64,000 nt of DNA from Bacteroidota bacterium (GCA_031415375.1 JANORP010000208.1:14738-78737); one strand, 5' to 3'; positions 1-10,020 are shown, numbered from the stretch's first letter. Notes: generated from the letters alone by a model not told the origin. Numbers and translations are program-made.

Positions 1-53
1 TGTCGCGCCGAGCAGCATGTGATTCCTGTGGAGGAAAGGGGTGGAAGGCGGCT

Positions 54-524
54 TTATTCGACGACTTCTCCCGAGAAGTTGAGCACAATCGTGCGCGGGT
101 CGGTGTTCATGGTCACCGTCGCCGACTTTTTGAAGATGCCGACAGACTTTGCTTCCATCGACGTTTCCACAAAACCGGTCTCACCGGGCGCAACAGGCTC
201 TTTGGAATAATCACCTACTGTGCAGGAGCATGATGGTTTCACACTTTCGATGATCAAGGGTGCAGTACCCGTGTTTTTGAAGGTGTAACGGTGTACGGCT
301 TTGTCGCCTTTGGCGACCTCGCCAAATTGGAAATCGACGGCATCGAACTCGATCGTGGTCGCTGCAAGGGTGGCGGCCTCTGCGATGTCTGGAGCCGTCC
401 CAACGTTGGCCACCTGCGTGAGTGGAATCACGGCGTCGGTCGAGATTTGCGCCGTTTTTTGGCAAGCACTTGCGAGAGAGATAGAGAGCAAACTGAGCAA
501 TAAAAAATGTTTTGAAGCAATCAT
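54..524 (-). CDS. DUF1573 (Ig-like) domain lipoprotein
   Basis: ATG at 524 gives a signal peptide with lipobox LASAC; C-terminal motif 'F.FG.V.......YTFKNTG..PLII..V..SCSCT......P..PGE' is typical of DUF1573. Confidence 0.8.
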   Translation of the reverse strand: MIASKHFLLLSLLSISLASACQKTAQISTDAVIPLTQVANVGTAPDIAEAATLAATTIEFDAVDFQFGEVAKGDKAVHRYTFKNTGTAPLIIESVKPSCSCTVGDYSKEPVAPGETGFVETSMEAKSVGIFKKSATVTMNTDPRTIVLNFSGEVVE

Positions 525-706
525 TGTATTGATTTTTAAGTACTCGACAAAGCTACAACTATTTAAATAGTTGTACAACTATTCTTTTAGTTTTTTAACT
601 AAAAACTTATTTATACCCATTTATACCCGCATCTCTCTATTGCCAAGTCCCTTCAGGAATCGTTCCCAATTCAAAAACTACATCCGTCAGGTGTCCCTAC
701 AGCCTC

Positions 707-714
707 TATATTTG
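707..714 (+). promoter_or_regulatory. Bacteroidota sigma-A -7 promoter element
   Basis: TATATTTG matches TAnnTTTG and ends 4 nt before the ATG at 719. Confidence 0.5.
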
Positions 715-718
715 CAAG

Positions 719-1114
719 ATGAATCCCATCCACGACAGCAGCCCTGCCCAGAAGCTCTCCAAGCTCATTGTAGTAGGTGACCGCGTGCTCATCAAGCCCA
801 AGTCAGAAACAGAACGAACCAAGACAGGCCTGTACCTGCCGCCAGGTGTGGAGGAAAAGGAAGAAATCGGTTGGGGCTGGATTATGAAAATTGGACCCGG
901 CTACCCCATTCCTGTACCCACCGATGAAAGTTTGGAGCCTTGGAAAGCGGCAGATGAGCGCATCAAGTATGTGCCGCTCCAAGCCAAGGTTGGCGACTTG
1001 GCTATCTTTCTCAAGCGTGCAGCCTTTGAGGTGATCTACCAAGACGAGAAATATTTCATCGTGCCGCAAGGGTCGGTATTGATGCTGGAACGCGACGAAG
1101 ACCTGATCGTTTGA
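719..1114 (+). CDS. GroES (Cpn10)-family protein
   Basis: 'GDRVLIKP...E..T..GLYLP', 'GPG', 'KVGD' and 'Y.IV....VL' Cpn10 motifs; no groEL adjacent. Confidence 0.85.
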   Translation: MNPIHDSSPAQKLSKLIVVGDRVLIKPKSETERTKTGLYLPPGVEEKEEIGWGWIMKIGPGYPIPVPTDESLEPWKAADERIKYVPLQAKVGDLAIFLKRAAFEVIYQDEKYFIVPQGSVLMLERDEDLIV

Positions 1115-1118
1115 TACT

Positions 1119-1646
1119 ATGAAACGTACCATCCACATCGCGATGAGCCTTGATGGCTATATTGCTGACGCGCAAGGAAGCGTGGAATGGCTTGAAAACG
1201 CCGCCAAAAATCCAGCCATCTACGAGCGAATCCTGCCTTTCATCGTGGCCAGTGAGGTCTTGGTGATGGGTAGAGTCACATATCAGCAGGTCTTGGGGTT
1301 TGGAGAATGGCCATACGCGGGCAAGCAGGTGATCGTCGTCTCAAACACGCTGGCTGCACCGCGCTCACCCAACACGGTCGTCGTCTCCCAGGACGGTCTC
1401 ACGCAAGCACTCGTAGCAACGGGTGCCCAAGCAGTCTGGATAGTCGGTGGCGGGCAGCTCAATGCCTATATGATCGATCAGGGTCTGGTGGACGAATTGA
1501 TCGTCACTGTAGTGCCACTTCTATTGGGAGCAGGGACTCCTCTGCTTACAGGGCTTACACGCCTCACGCCCATGCAACTGCAAGATATGCAGCAGCTGGC
1601 AGACGGCTTCGTCGAGCTGACCTATTCGTTTCCGCGACCCAGCTAG
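1119..1646 (+). CDS. Dihydrofolate reductase-like / RibD C-terminal domain protein
   Basis: 'IAMSLDGYIA', 'MGRVTY', 'WIVGGGQL', 'LVDEL...VP.LLG.G.PL'. Confidence 0.85.
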   Translation: MKRTIHIAMSLDGYIADAQGSVEWLENAAKNPAIYERILPFIVASEVLVMGRVTYQQVLGFGEWPYAGKQVIVVSNTLAAPRSPNTVVVSQDGLTQALVATGAQAVWIVGGGQLNAYMIDQGLVDELIVTVVPLLLGAGTPLLTGLTRLTPMQLQDMQQLADGFVELTYSFPRPS

Positions 1647-1648
1647 GC

Positions 1649-2308
1649 TTACAAGCCGATACCAATTTGGAACCCGATTTTGGGATAGACGCCGTTGTAT
1701 CCCGGCTGTGTGACAGGGATATATTGGGTTTGGCGAATTTCACCGAACGAACGCTTGATGCCGCCTCCAGTGTAGAAATCGACAAAAAATTTGTTGCCCA
1801 AGGCAAATTGCAATCCCATGATTACGCCGCCAGCGACCTCGTTGAGCTTCTCACTTTCGTTCACATTTTGCTGTAGGATCCAATCCCACACCTGCACCGA
1901 CCGCTGCAAATAGCGGTGCGAGAGGTAAGGCCCGGCATAAAAACCTTTGAAAAACCAAAAGCCTTGCCCGTTGCGGGAGATGTCTTGCGGTGGAATCACA
2001 TAGAGCCTGTATTGCAGGTCTTCTTGAAATCCAAACTCAGGTGTCGAGACGCCAGAGGTGTAGTTGTTGCCTGTGCGGGAATGCAGGCCAGCGCTCAACA
2101 TGATACTGCTCTTTTGCTCGCCAAGCATGCGCTCGTAACTCATCAAGAAAGTGCCCTCGGCAAAATGAAAGGGGCTGATCTTAATGATGTTTTTCACAGG
2201 TGTATATTTCTCCACTGGTCGCGCTGGCGGTGCCTGCGCAAGCAACAATCCAGGGATACTCATCCAAATGAGCAAGGCACCTAGGGCCAATGTTGTGATG
2301 CGTTTCAT
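1649..2308 (-). CDS. Putative outer-membrane beta-barrel protein (DUF3575-like)
   Basis: Signal peptide; 'KNIIKISP', 'SYER', 'GFYAGPY'; amphipathic C-terminal strand IGFQIGIGL. Confidence 0.6.
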   Translation of the reverse strand: MKRITTLALGALLIWMSIPGLLLAQAPPARPVEKYTPVKNIIKISPFHFAEGTFLMSYERMLGEQKSSIMLSAGLHSRTGNNYTSGVSTPEFGFQEDLQYRLYVIPPQDISRNGQGFWFFKGFYAGPYLSHRYLQRSVQVWDWILQQNVNESEKLNEVAGGVIMGLQFALGNKFFVDFYTGGGIKRSFGEIRQTQYIPVTQPGYNGVYPKIGFQIGIGL

Positions 2309-2329
2309 ATCGTATTTTGTGAGGATGTA

Positions 2330-3502
2330 TTATTCTTTGAAAAAAACCAAGTACAGGTCTGACCCTCCTGCACCATAGCTCTGCGTCTCGCCCAAGAGGG
2401 CCGCTCCACCTGTGGGGATCGCGGCGACGCCACGCAGATTCTCCACATTCTGGCCACCGTAGGAGGCCGCACGGATGTCTGTCCCCAAACTATCGCAGAG
2501 CAATACTTGGAAGTCGCCGCTGCTTCCATAGCCTCCGTTGTAATTTCCACCATTGCCCGTAAAAAGAAGCTTGCCGCTGGGAAGTACCAGCACCTCATCG
2601 TAATCGGGCGCAGATGCCCTAGCCACATACTGCCCGTCGGTAAGTTCTTGATCTATGAAACCGATGACGTGCCCTCCGACGCTTTGGTCAGCAATCGAGA
2701 CCAAGTAGCCCCCATCGGGCAGACCCGTTGCGGCTTGAACCCTGATGTACGTTCCCGCAATCCCAACACCGATCGCGCGTTCTGACTGGTAATTTCCGTA
2801 AGCGTCATAGGTCAGCGCGATGATGACCCCGTTGGTATTGTAGTCTTGATTGGTGGTGAATTGCACAAAAGTGCTGTCCAAACCACGACAAAAAGTATGG
2901 GCAAATTTATCGCTGTTGTAGCCCGAGCGTGGGCTGTCGTCTAGCAGCAGACCGCGATTGTCAAACCGGGCGCTCACCGGAAAGTACTCGGTGGCAAAAC
3001 CCGCCATGAAACCTCCCCCTTGCAATTCGTAGAAATTGGCCCCGTGCAATGTAAGTTGGTTGGCGGCCGTCGTCAAGCTGCTTGTCGTCTGCCAGCGCAC
3101 ATTGAGGTCGGCATCGATCAAGGTGATCTGTACCTGTGACGTTGCACCTCCTTTGGATTGCTTGGTTCCCAAGATGGCATATTCCCCTAGTGTCGTCGGT
3201 GCGATCTTCCAGCCGACTTCGTCTGCACCAGCATCGCCATGCGCATGTGACAAGACTTGATTTCCGCTTGCATCGACCTTGAGGATGTAGAGGTCATAAT
3301 TTTTGTCTTTGGGATCCTGTGTCCCACCCACGATCAAAAAGCCGCCATCTGGCAATCGTAGGATGTCCCCAGCCACCTCGTTGCCTGCCCCTCCAAAGGT
3401 ATGCTCATAGGCAGGGGCTTGTGGCAATGGCGGCTCGTCGGTACAAGCTGCACACAACAAAATGGCTACCAGGAGCGACAGATAGAGATGCAGTTTTTTC
3501 AT
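2330..3502 (-). CDS. Lipoprotein with beta-propeller-like repeats
   Basis: Lipobox LCAAC; repeats such as 'FGGAGNE', 'DGGFLIVGGT', 'DLYILKVDASGN', 'YGAGGSDLYLV'. Confidence 0.65.
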   Translation of the reverse strand: MKKLHLYLSLLVAILLCAACTDEPPLPQAPAYEHTFGGAGNEVAGDILRLPDGGFLIVGGTQDPKDKNYDLYILKVDASGNQVLSHAHGDAGADEVGWKIAPTTLGEYAILGTKQSKGGATSQVQITLIDADLNVRWQTTSSLTTAANQLTLHGANFYELQGGGFMAGFATEYFPVSARFDNRGLLLDDSPRSGYNSDKFAHTFCRGLDSTFVQFTTNQDYNTNGVIIALTYDAYGNYQSERAIGVGIAGTYIRVQAATGLPDGGYLVSIADQSVGGHVIGFIDQELTDGQYVARASAPDYDEVLVLPSGKLLFTGNGGNYNGGYGSSGDFQVLLCDSLGTDIRAASYGGQNVENLRGVAAIPTGGAALLGETQSYGAGGSDLYLVFFKE

Positions 3503-3652
3503 ATTCTACAAAAAGCGAAGATATCGCGTTTCACATCAAATTTATAGCCAAAAAATATCACATGCACACACGGTCTGAGAAAGTAGTTTTGTCTTATCGC
3601 AGGGTGTGCTTAAATTCAAGCTTTGGTATTACAATTGCTGACAAAAATCAGA

Positions 3653-4561
3653 ATGCTCAAGAAAACCTTAGGAGTCCTGTTTTTAGTGCGTGCCGGCCTG
3701 CTCATCGCCCAGGTACCACAGCACAACTACTTCGCGCCCGCCCTTTGCCAAAAGGAAGGCGTAAAAATCGTCGCTGTCTATGAGGCGCAGATCGCAGATG
3801 CTGAAACCAAAGCGGTGCCTAGCAGCCGCATCAGGTTGGAAAGCAATATGGTGCGACAAACATTTTACGATCTCAAAGGCATGCCCATTCGCAGCCTGCG
3901 GTTTCAAAACGAGGGCAAGACCATGGCCACCGAAATTTTGCGCACTTACGATGCTCAAAACATGCTCACAGTAGAGCTGCAGCGCCAGTACAATACCAAT
4001 TTTGCAGACAGCACCAAGCTGCTGCAAACCCAAAAGCGCGTGCTGCATTACAATGACGCAGGGCAGTTGCTGTCCACGGTGAATTCACTCATCGCCTCAG
4101 ACAAGGAAACGCCCATTGACAGTGTTTCCTATGAATATGACTTGGCTGGCAAACTCACGACCGAGCGTGTGTTTGCAACAGAGGGCCCGACCCAATGCAT
4201 CTTGAAAAAGTACTATCAATACAGAGATGGCATCATTTCTCGGGTTTCCTTGGTCGATGACATGGCTGTGAACAGTGACGCCTATCAGCTAGACAGCAAA
4301 GGCCGCGTGATCGAGGAAGCCTACTCTACCAAGGGTGATCGCTCCCCGCGCATGCTTGCGTCCAACACCTACAATGCCCTAGGTCAAATCGCGGCCATCC
4401 AATACATGACAGATGCGGCGCTATTTCCGCTGGCAACTACGGTGGCTGCGCGCAACAACAAGTTTGACAGCAAGGGCAAGTTGGTGGAAGGCCAGTTTGA
4501 CTACGGCGATGGCAAACGATTGTATGAGTTTTATGACTACACCTACTGGGTAGAGGATTGA
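3653..4561 (+). CDS. Exported hypothetical protein with YD-like repeats
   Basis: Signal peptide from ATG 3653; repeated 'Y(D/N)..G.L' units. Confidence 0.6.
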   Translation: MLKKTLGVLFLVRAGLLIAQVPQHNYFAPALCQKEGVKIVAVYEAQIADAETKAVPSSRIRLESNMVRQTFYDLKGMPIRSLRFQNEGKTMATEILRTYDAQNMLTVELQRQYNTNFADSTKLLQTQKRVLHYNDAGQLLSTVNSLIASDKETPIDSVSYEYDLAGKLTTERVFATEGPTQCILKKYYQYRDGIISRVSLVDDMAVNSDAYQLDSKGRVIEEAYSTKGDRSPRMLASNTYNALGQIAAIQYMTDAALFPLATTVAARNNKFDSKGKLVEGQFDYGDGKRLYEFYDYTYWVED

Positions 4562-4589
4562 TATGGTTGAATTTTCTTAATTTGGTCGC

Positions 4590-5264
4590 ATGCGAAACTT
4601 CATCGTCTTGATTTTCTTGCTGCTTGGTCTCGGATTGCAAGCACAAGTTTTCCTTCCTGGTAAGCTCATCACCACAGACGGCGACACGCTTGTGGGTTTG
4701 GTGGCCGAGCAAGGTGGCATCACCTGGTCGTTTAAGGAGTCACCAAAAGGAGCCGAGCGCATCTATACCCGCAGACAAGTCGTGGGATTTGAGCGCAAGG
4801 ATGAAAAATATGAGGAACACACCTTTGAGGTATTGCGTGCGAAGTTTCCAGAACGTGTCAAGGATTTTTTGCTCGTCGTGGAAGAGGGACAGGTGAGATT
4901 GTTGCGCTACGATGGCAAGGGTCTCTTTGGAAGTGACCATATCGGTTATTACATCCATGAGAAAGGCATGCTCACGCCGCTCAGGGTGAACCTTGATGAT
5001 GCGAATTTCAAGGTGCAAATGCGTCAGTATTTCAGCGATTTCCCCGAACTCGCCAGCCGCATCAAGGCCAAGGAGCTCAAATACGAGAATATCCAAGAGA
5101 TCGTGCAGATCTACAACAGCTGGTACAGCAAGCAGCCACACACCGATGAAATCAATCCTGCTGCCAAGCCCACCAAGGCTAAGAAGGAACCCAAGGCCAA
5201 AAAGGGCCACCAAATCGAAAGCGATCCGCTTCAAGGGGGCGAGGAAGAATCCAAGGAAAATTAA
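4590..5264 (+). CDS. Exported hypothetical protein
   Basis: Signal peptide ending AQ; 'GKLITTDGDTLVG' N-terminus; Lys-rich tail. Confidence 0.65.
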   Translation: MRNFIVLIFLLLGLGLQAQVFLPGKLITTDGDTLVGLVAEQGGITWSFKESPKGAERIYTRRQVVGFERKDEKYEEHTFEVLRAKFPERVKDFLLVVEEGQVRLLRYDGKGLFGSDHIGYYIHEKGMLTPLRVNLDDANFKVQMRQYFSDFPELASRIKAKELKYENIQEIVQIYNSWYSKQPHTDEINPAAKPTKAKKEPKAKKGHQIESDPLQGGEEESKEN

Positions 5265-5293
5265 GCTTTGGACGCCACATCGAATATTGACCT

Positions 5294-6346
5294 GTGACAC
5301 AGCTCCCCAAACGATCGAGGTTGCGTGGGCTGCTCACACGAAGCGCCTACTTCGTGGGCGTATTGCTCGTGCTGCTGCTCGCTGGTGAGATCACGGCGCG
5401 GTGCATGGGCTTCAAGCCTTGGCGGGAAACCATACAGACGATTCAGGTGAGGCCAGAGGGCCGTTTTTTCCAAGACGATAGCCTGCTCGGTTATCGAGGC
5501 CGCCCTGGCAAGTTTGCGCTCCTGCTCAATGACAGCCTGCCATTCACAGTCACCCACGATGCCCAAGGTTGGCGGCAACCCCTGGCAGACAGTGCAGCGC
5601 AAGATTCCCTTCCTGAGATTTGGGTCTTTGGTTGCTCCTTTACCCATGGCTATGGTGTGAACGATGGCCAAGACTACCCAGCCCAGTTACAGACCATGCT
5701 GCCCGGGTACCGAGTTCGTAACTATGGCATGGACGGCTATGGCACCCTCCAAAATTGGCTATTGCTGGGGAATCTGCTTGCGCAAGGGCGCAAGCCACAC
5801 ACTGTGGTTTTGGGCTATGGCGCTTTTCATGACCAGCGCAACACCGCCAATCGGTATTGGCACAAGGCGCTGCATGGACAGCGCATCGCCGATGGCCTGC
5901 GCTACCCCTACATACGCCTCGACAAGCACGATGCACTCCAGATCCACTACGGCCCGATCGCCTACATTCCACTCCCATTGCAGCGGCAGCTTGCCCTCTT
6001 GTCACTCATCGAGGAGCGCTGGAACCATAGCGAAGACGAGGGCCTGCGCAGTCAATTTGTGACACAAACGCTCATCAAGCGCATGGTCGATGCCAGCCAC
6101 CAAGTCGGCAGCCATTTTGTCTTGGCCGGCGTCTATCGTCACCCAGAAACCCTCGCCAAACTCCACATCTTCGAGTTGGAGCGGGTACACACGGTCGATA
6201 TCAGCCAAGACTTGCAAGACCCGGCTTTGCGCATCTTGCCCGGCAATGGCCACCCCAATGCAATCGCCCATCACAAGATGGCGAGTGCCTTGTTTGACTT
6301 CCTGCAAGGCACTGTCTTTGCCCCTGCGGCGCAACAACATCCATGA
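5294..6346 (+). CDS. Membrane-anchored SGNH/GDSL hydrolase family protein
   Basis: N-terminal TM helix; block I 'FGCSFTHG', block II 'NYGMDGYG', block V 'GHPN..AH'. Confidence 0.8.
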   Translation: MTQLPKRSRLRGLLTRSAYFVGVLLVLLLAGEITARCMGFKPWRETIQTIQVRPEGRFFQDDSLLGYRGRPGKFALLLNDSLPFTVTHDAQGWRQPLADSAAQDSLPEIWVFGCSFTHGYGVNDGQDYPAQLQTMLPGYRVRNYGMDGYGTLQNWLLLGNLLAQGRKPHTVVLGYGAFHDQRNTANRYWHKALHGQRIADGLRYPYIRLDKHDALQIHYGPIAYIPLPLQRQLALLSLIEERWNHSEDEGLRSQFVTQTLIKRMVDASHQVGSHFVLAGVYRHPETLAKLHIFELERVHTVDISQDLQDPALRILPGNGHPNAIAHHKMASALFDFLQGTVFAPAAQQHP

Positions 6347-6420
6347 TCCTCAACAGAGACCTTGTATATGCGGTGCATCGCCCCTAAATTCGCCCATCTG
6401 AGAAAATCAATCCTGTCTCC

Positions 6421-8511
6421 ATGGCTGTGAACTTGAAAGACCCCCAATTGTACTTCAACCGAGAATTGAGTTGGTTACAATTCAATGAGCGCGTGCTCCA
6501 AGAAGCTGCCGACGAGCAGCAGCCGCTGCTGGAACGCCTCAAGTTTCTATCAATCTTTTCGTCCAACCTGGACGAATTTTTTATGATACGCGTAGCTGGT
6601 CTCAAGGAGCAAGTCGCAGCAGGCATCCACGAGTTGCCGGCCGATGGCCTCTCGCCAGCCGATGCATTGGAGAGCATCTCCCAAAAGGTGCACAAGGATG
6701 TCGCTGAGCATTGCCGATTGCTCAATGAAGACGTGATGCCCGCCTTGCGCAAAAAAGGCATCCGCATCCGTCACTATCCCAGCCTCACCAACGATCAGAA
6801 GGCCGAGCTTACCACCTACTTCAAGGAAAAGATATTTCCCGTGCTCACACCGCTGGCCGTGGATCCATCACACCCCTTCCCGCAATTGCGCAACCTGGGT
6901 CTCAACCTGCTGGTCGAGCTGCGAGACCCCATGCACAAAAAGGAAAACAAGATCGCCGTATTGCCTTTGCCCAGCCTCTTGAGTCGTTTCATCCCACTCT
7001 CAGGCAAAAACAAGGGCGATGTCTTGCTGCTAGAGGATCTCATCATCCCCAACCTGGAGATGTTGTTTCCCAACATGCTCATCGACGACGCCAACTGCTT
7101 TCGCATCACCCGCAACGCAGACATGGACTTGTCTGAGGCCGAGGCAGACGACTTGCTCAAGCTCATTGAGCGCGAATTGCGCAAACGCCGCATGGGCACG
7201 CTCATCCGTCTGGAGGTCTCAGACAAGATGCCGACCGAGAGCCGAAGATTTCTCCAGCAAATCACCGGCCTCAAGGAACGGGCGATCTACGAAATCTATG
7301 GCCCGCTCGACGTAGCTTCCTTCATCTACTTCTTGGACCTGGATTTTCCTGACCTCAAGGATCCTGCATTCACTCCATCCCTGCATCCACGCATCACCAA
7401 GAGCACGACGATCTTTGATGCGATCCGCAAGCAAGACATCTTGTTGCACCATCCCTACGACAGTTTCAACCACGTGATCGACTTGGTGCAGGAAGCTGCC
7501 CGTGACCCCAAGGTCTTGGCGATCAAGGTGACCCTGTACCGCACGAGCGGCAAGTCCCAGATCGTGCAGGCCCTCAAGGAAGCCACGGCCAAGGGCAAGC
7601 AAGTCACGGCACTCATCGAACTCAAAGCCCGCTTTGACGAGGAAACCAATATCGTCTGGGCCAAGGAGCTGGAACATGTGGGTGTCAATGTAATTTATGG
7701 TTTGCTGGGCCTCAAGACCCACTGCAAATTGCTGATGATTGTGCGCCAAGAAGACGGCCACATTCGTCGCTACGTGCACATGAGCACTGGCAACTACAAT
7801 GCGCGCACGTCCAAGATCTACACCGACATCGGCCTCATGACCTGTGACGAGGCCATCGGCAAAGATGCCTCCGAGCTCTTCAACCTGCTCACGGGCTACA
7901 GCGGGCAAAAGGAATGGCGCAAGCTCTTTGTAGCCCCGATCAACCTGCGCGACAACCTCACCAAGCTCATCCAATGCTGCATCGCAGAGCATAGCGCAGA
8001 GCAGCCGAGCCACATCCAGATGGTCATGAACCAACTGGTCGATCCACAGATGATCCAAGCGCTCTACAAGGCCAGCATCAAGGGGGTGAAGATCGATTTG
8101 ATCGTGCGTGGGGTCTGCTGTCTCAAGCCAGGCTTGCCTGGCATTTCTGAAAACATCACGGTGCGCAGCATTGTAGGCCGCTTTTTGGAACATTGCCGCA
8201 TTTTTCATTTCAAGTACAACGGCGTCCAGAAAACCTATATGGGCAGTGCCGACCTCATGCAGCGCAACCTCAACCGACGGGTAGAGATCATGTTTCCCCT
8301 GGAGGATGCCGAGCACCAAGAGCGCGTGCTGGACATCTTGAACATGATGATCAAGGACAATTTGAAGGCACGCATCCTCCAGCAAGATGGCGGCTTTGTG
8401 CGTGCCCAACCTCGCCGCAATGAAAAGCATGTGAATGCGCAGGCATGTTTCCTGGGGCAGGCAGCCGAACGCAAGCAACAGGTCGATACGATTTCCAAAC
8501 AAGATGATTGA
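6421..8511 (+). CDS. ppk1: Polyphosphate kinase 1
   Basis: 'NRELSWL.FN.RVL', 'SSNLDEFFMIRVAG', 'HHPYDSF', 'ELKARFDE', 'KTH.K', 'GRFLEH', 'MGSADLM.RNL.RRVE'. Confidence 0.97.
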   Translation: MAVNLKDPQLYFNRELSWLQFNERVLQEAADEQQPLLERLKFLSIFSSNLDEFFMIRVAGLKEQVAAGIHELPADGLSPADALESISQKVHKDVAEHCRLLNEDVMPALRKKGIRIRHYPSLTNDQKAELTTYFKEKIFPVLTPLAVDPSHPFPQLRNLGLNLLVELRDPMHKKENKIAVLPLPSLLSRFIPLSGKNKGDVLLLEDLIIPNLEMLFPNMLIDDANCFRITRNADMDLSEAEADDLLKLIERELRKRRMGTLIRLEVSDKMPTESRRFLQQITGLKERAIYEIYGPLDVASFIYFLDLDFPDLKDPAFTPSLHPRITKSTTIFDAIRKQDILLHHPYDSFNHVIDLVQEAARDPKVLAIKVTLYRTSGKSQIVQALKEATAKGKQVTALIELKARFDEETNIVWAKELEHVGVNVIYGLLGLKTHCKLLMIVRQEDGHIRRYVHMSTGNYNARTSKIYTDIGLMTCDEAIGKDASELFNLLTGYSGQKEWRKLFVAPINLRDNLTKLIQCCIAEHSAEQPSHIQMVMNQLVDPQMIQALYKASIKGVKIDLIVRGVCCLKPGLPGISENITVRSIVGRFLEHCRIFHFKYNGVQKTYMGSADLMQRNLNRRVEIMFPLEDAEHQERVLDILNMMIKDNLKARILQQDGGFVRAQPRRNEKHVNAQACFLGQAAERKQQVDTISKQDD

Positions 8512-8580
8512 GAAGTCGTTGGGAATACAAAGGCCCTGCCCTCGTTTTGCTGTGAAGCCAACTCCAACATCACATGTCAC

Positions 8581-9117
8581 ATGAAGCCCTTCGATTTGCA
8601 ACCCGCCCACTTGGGAAATGAGGTCGTGAAGCTCGCACCCTTGCGTGCAGACGACTTTGAGCGGCTGTATGCCATCGCTGCCGATCCACTGTTGTGGGAG
8701 CAACATCCCAATCCTGATCGCTACAAAAGGCCTGATTTCGAAAACTATTTTGAAGGCGCCATGGCCTCCAAAGGTGCATTTTTGGTGACCGACGCCGTCA
8801 CGGGTGCTGTCGTCGGATGCAGCCGCTATTACGACTACGGCGCTGATCGAAGCCGGGTAATCATTGGCTACACCTTCATTGCACGCAGCCATTGGGGTAC
8901 GCCGACCAACCGTGCGCTCAAAAAGGTGATGCTCGATCATGCTTTTGCGCATGTAGATCAGGTACACTTCCAAGTCGGTGCCCTCAACATTCGTTCACAA
9001 AAGGCAATGGCCAAGCTAGGTGCCACCGTGATCGACGAGGAAATCGTAGCCTACTATGGCGAGGCTCCCAAGCGCAATTTTCTCTTCGAGATCCGCAAGG
9101 TGGATTGGCAGGGATGA
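8581..9117 (+). CDS. GNAT family N-acetyltransferase (RimJ/RimL-like)
   Basis: 'IGYTF..RSHWG...N..LK', 'N.RSQKA..KLG'. Confidence 0.85.
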   Translation: MKPFDLQPAHLGNEVVKLAPLRADDFERLYAIAADPLLWEQHPNPDRYKRPDFENYFEGAMASKGAFLVTDAVTGAVVGCSRYYDYGADRSRVIIGYTFIARSHWGTPTNRALKKVMLDHAFAHVDQVHFQVGALNIRSQKAMAKLGATVIDEEIVAYYGEAPKRNFLFEIRKVDWQG

Positions 9118-9144
9118 CACGCGCAAAACGATCAACCTAAAGGT

Positions 9145-10020
9145 TTATTTTGTTTTGAATTTGGCCAAGAGACGCGCCCAAGCAATGCGCCATCTGGGGC
9201 CAGCCTCTTGAAGTGGCCCCACCCATGGCTTGCCGCGCCGCAGATAATATTTGCCAAAGGTGCCTTGGCTAACGCCCCACTTTTGGCGGAATTGCAGGGG
9301 GCCATTGTTTTTGGTGACTTTGCCCGTGCTCTTGGTCTGGAAATGGTAGGTGCGGCTCGCGCCTAGCCCTTTGAAATGGCGCACACCGACTTGCCAGAGC
9401 TTCATCGAGAAGTCTGGATCCGATGACATGCCAGGGCTGAATTCCTCGGAATAACCCCCCACGGCATCCCAAAGCTGTTTGGGCACGACATTGGGTGGCC
9501 ATGTGCTGCCTGTCCAGTCCGCTTTGGGCCAATGCTGGAAGGCTACCAACAAATCTGCCTCTCTAAAGGTCGCGATGTCTTGGCCGTAGTCTTCTGGGGC
9601 GATCACGCAGGCATTGCCTGTATCCCGCGGCTCGATCATGGTCGCTGAGAGGAACCACTGATCATGCCCGATGGACTGGATTTCTTGCCACAAAATGGCG
9701 TCCCAGCCTGGCAAGGCATACATATCGTCGTTGAAAAATGAAATGTAGGCTGTCTTGGCGAGCCTGGCCGCTGCATTTAAGGCATGGCAAACGCCAACAT
9801 TCTCGGGCGACCATGTATGGTCGATCTCCTGGGCACGCACCCACTCCAATGTACCGTCGCTGCCATCATTCACATGCACGATGAGCTGGTGGGTAAAGGT
9901 CGAGTGCCGACGCAGGCTCTCGACACAGCATTGCAGATAAGGCAAATTGTTCCACGTGGGGATCAATATGCTGAACTTAGCGCCCGCTGTCTGGGCATAG
10001 CTGCGTGCTTCAAATTCCAT
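9145..10020 (-). CDS. Glycosyltransferase family 2
   Basis: 'SILIPTWN', 'NDGSDGT', 'N.G...A.N', 'FNDD' (DxD-like), 'VGGYSEEF'. Confidence 0.9.
   Translation of the reverse strand: MEFEARSYAQTAGAKFSILIPTWNNLPYLQCCVESLRRHSTFTHQLIVHVNDGSDGTLEWVRAQEIDHTWSPENVGVCHALNAAARLAKTAYISFFNDDMYALPGWDAILWQEIQSIGHDQWFLSATMIEPRDTGNACVIAPEDYGQDIATFREADLLVAFQHWPKADWTGSTWPPNVVPKQLWDAVGGYSEEFSPGMSSDPDFSMKLWQVGVRHFKGLGASRTYHFQTKSTGKVTKNNGPLQFRQKWGVSQGTFGKYYLRRGKPWVGPLQEAGPRWRIAWARLLAKFKTK

Noticed and set aside
1-53. Possible start of a minus-strand gene (MLLGAT) at the window edge
   Set aside because: Only six codons are visible.
7219-8973. 584-aa antisense ORF
   Set aside because: Shadow of ppk1 and the GNAT gene; no motifs; expected from the codon bias of the real genes.
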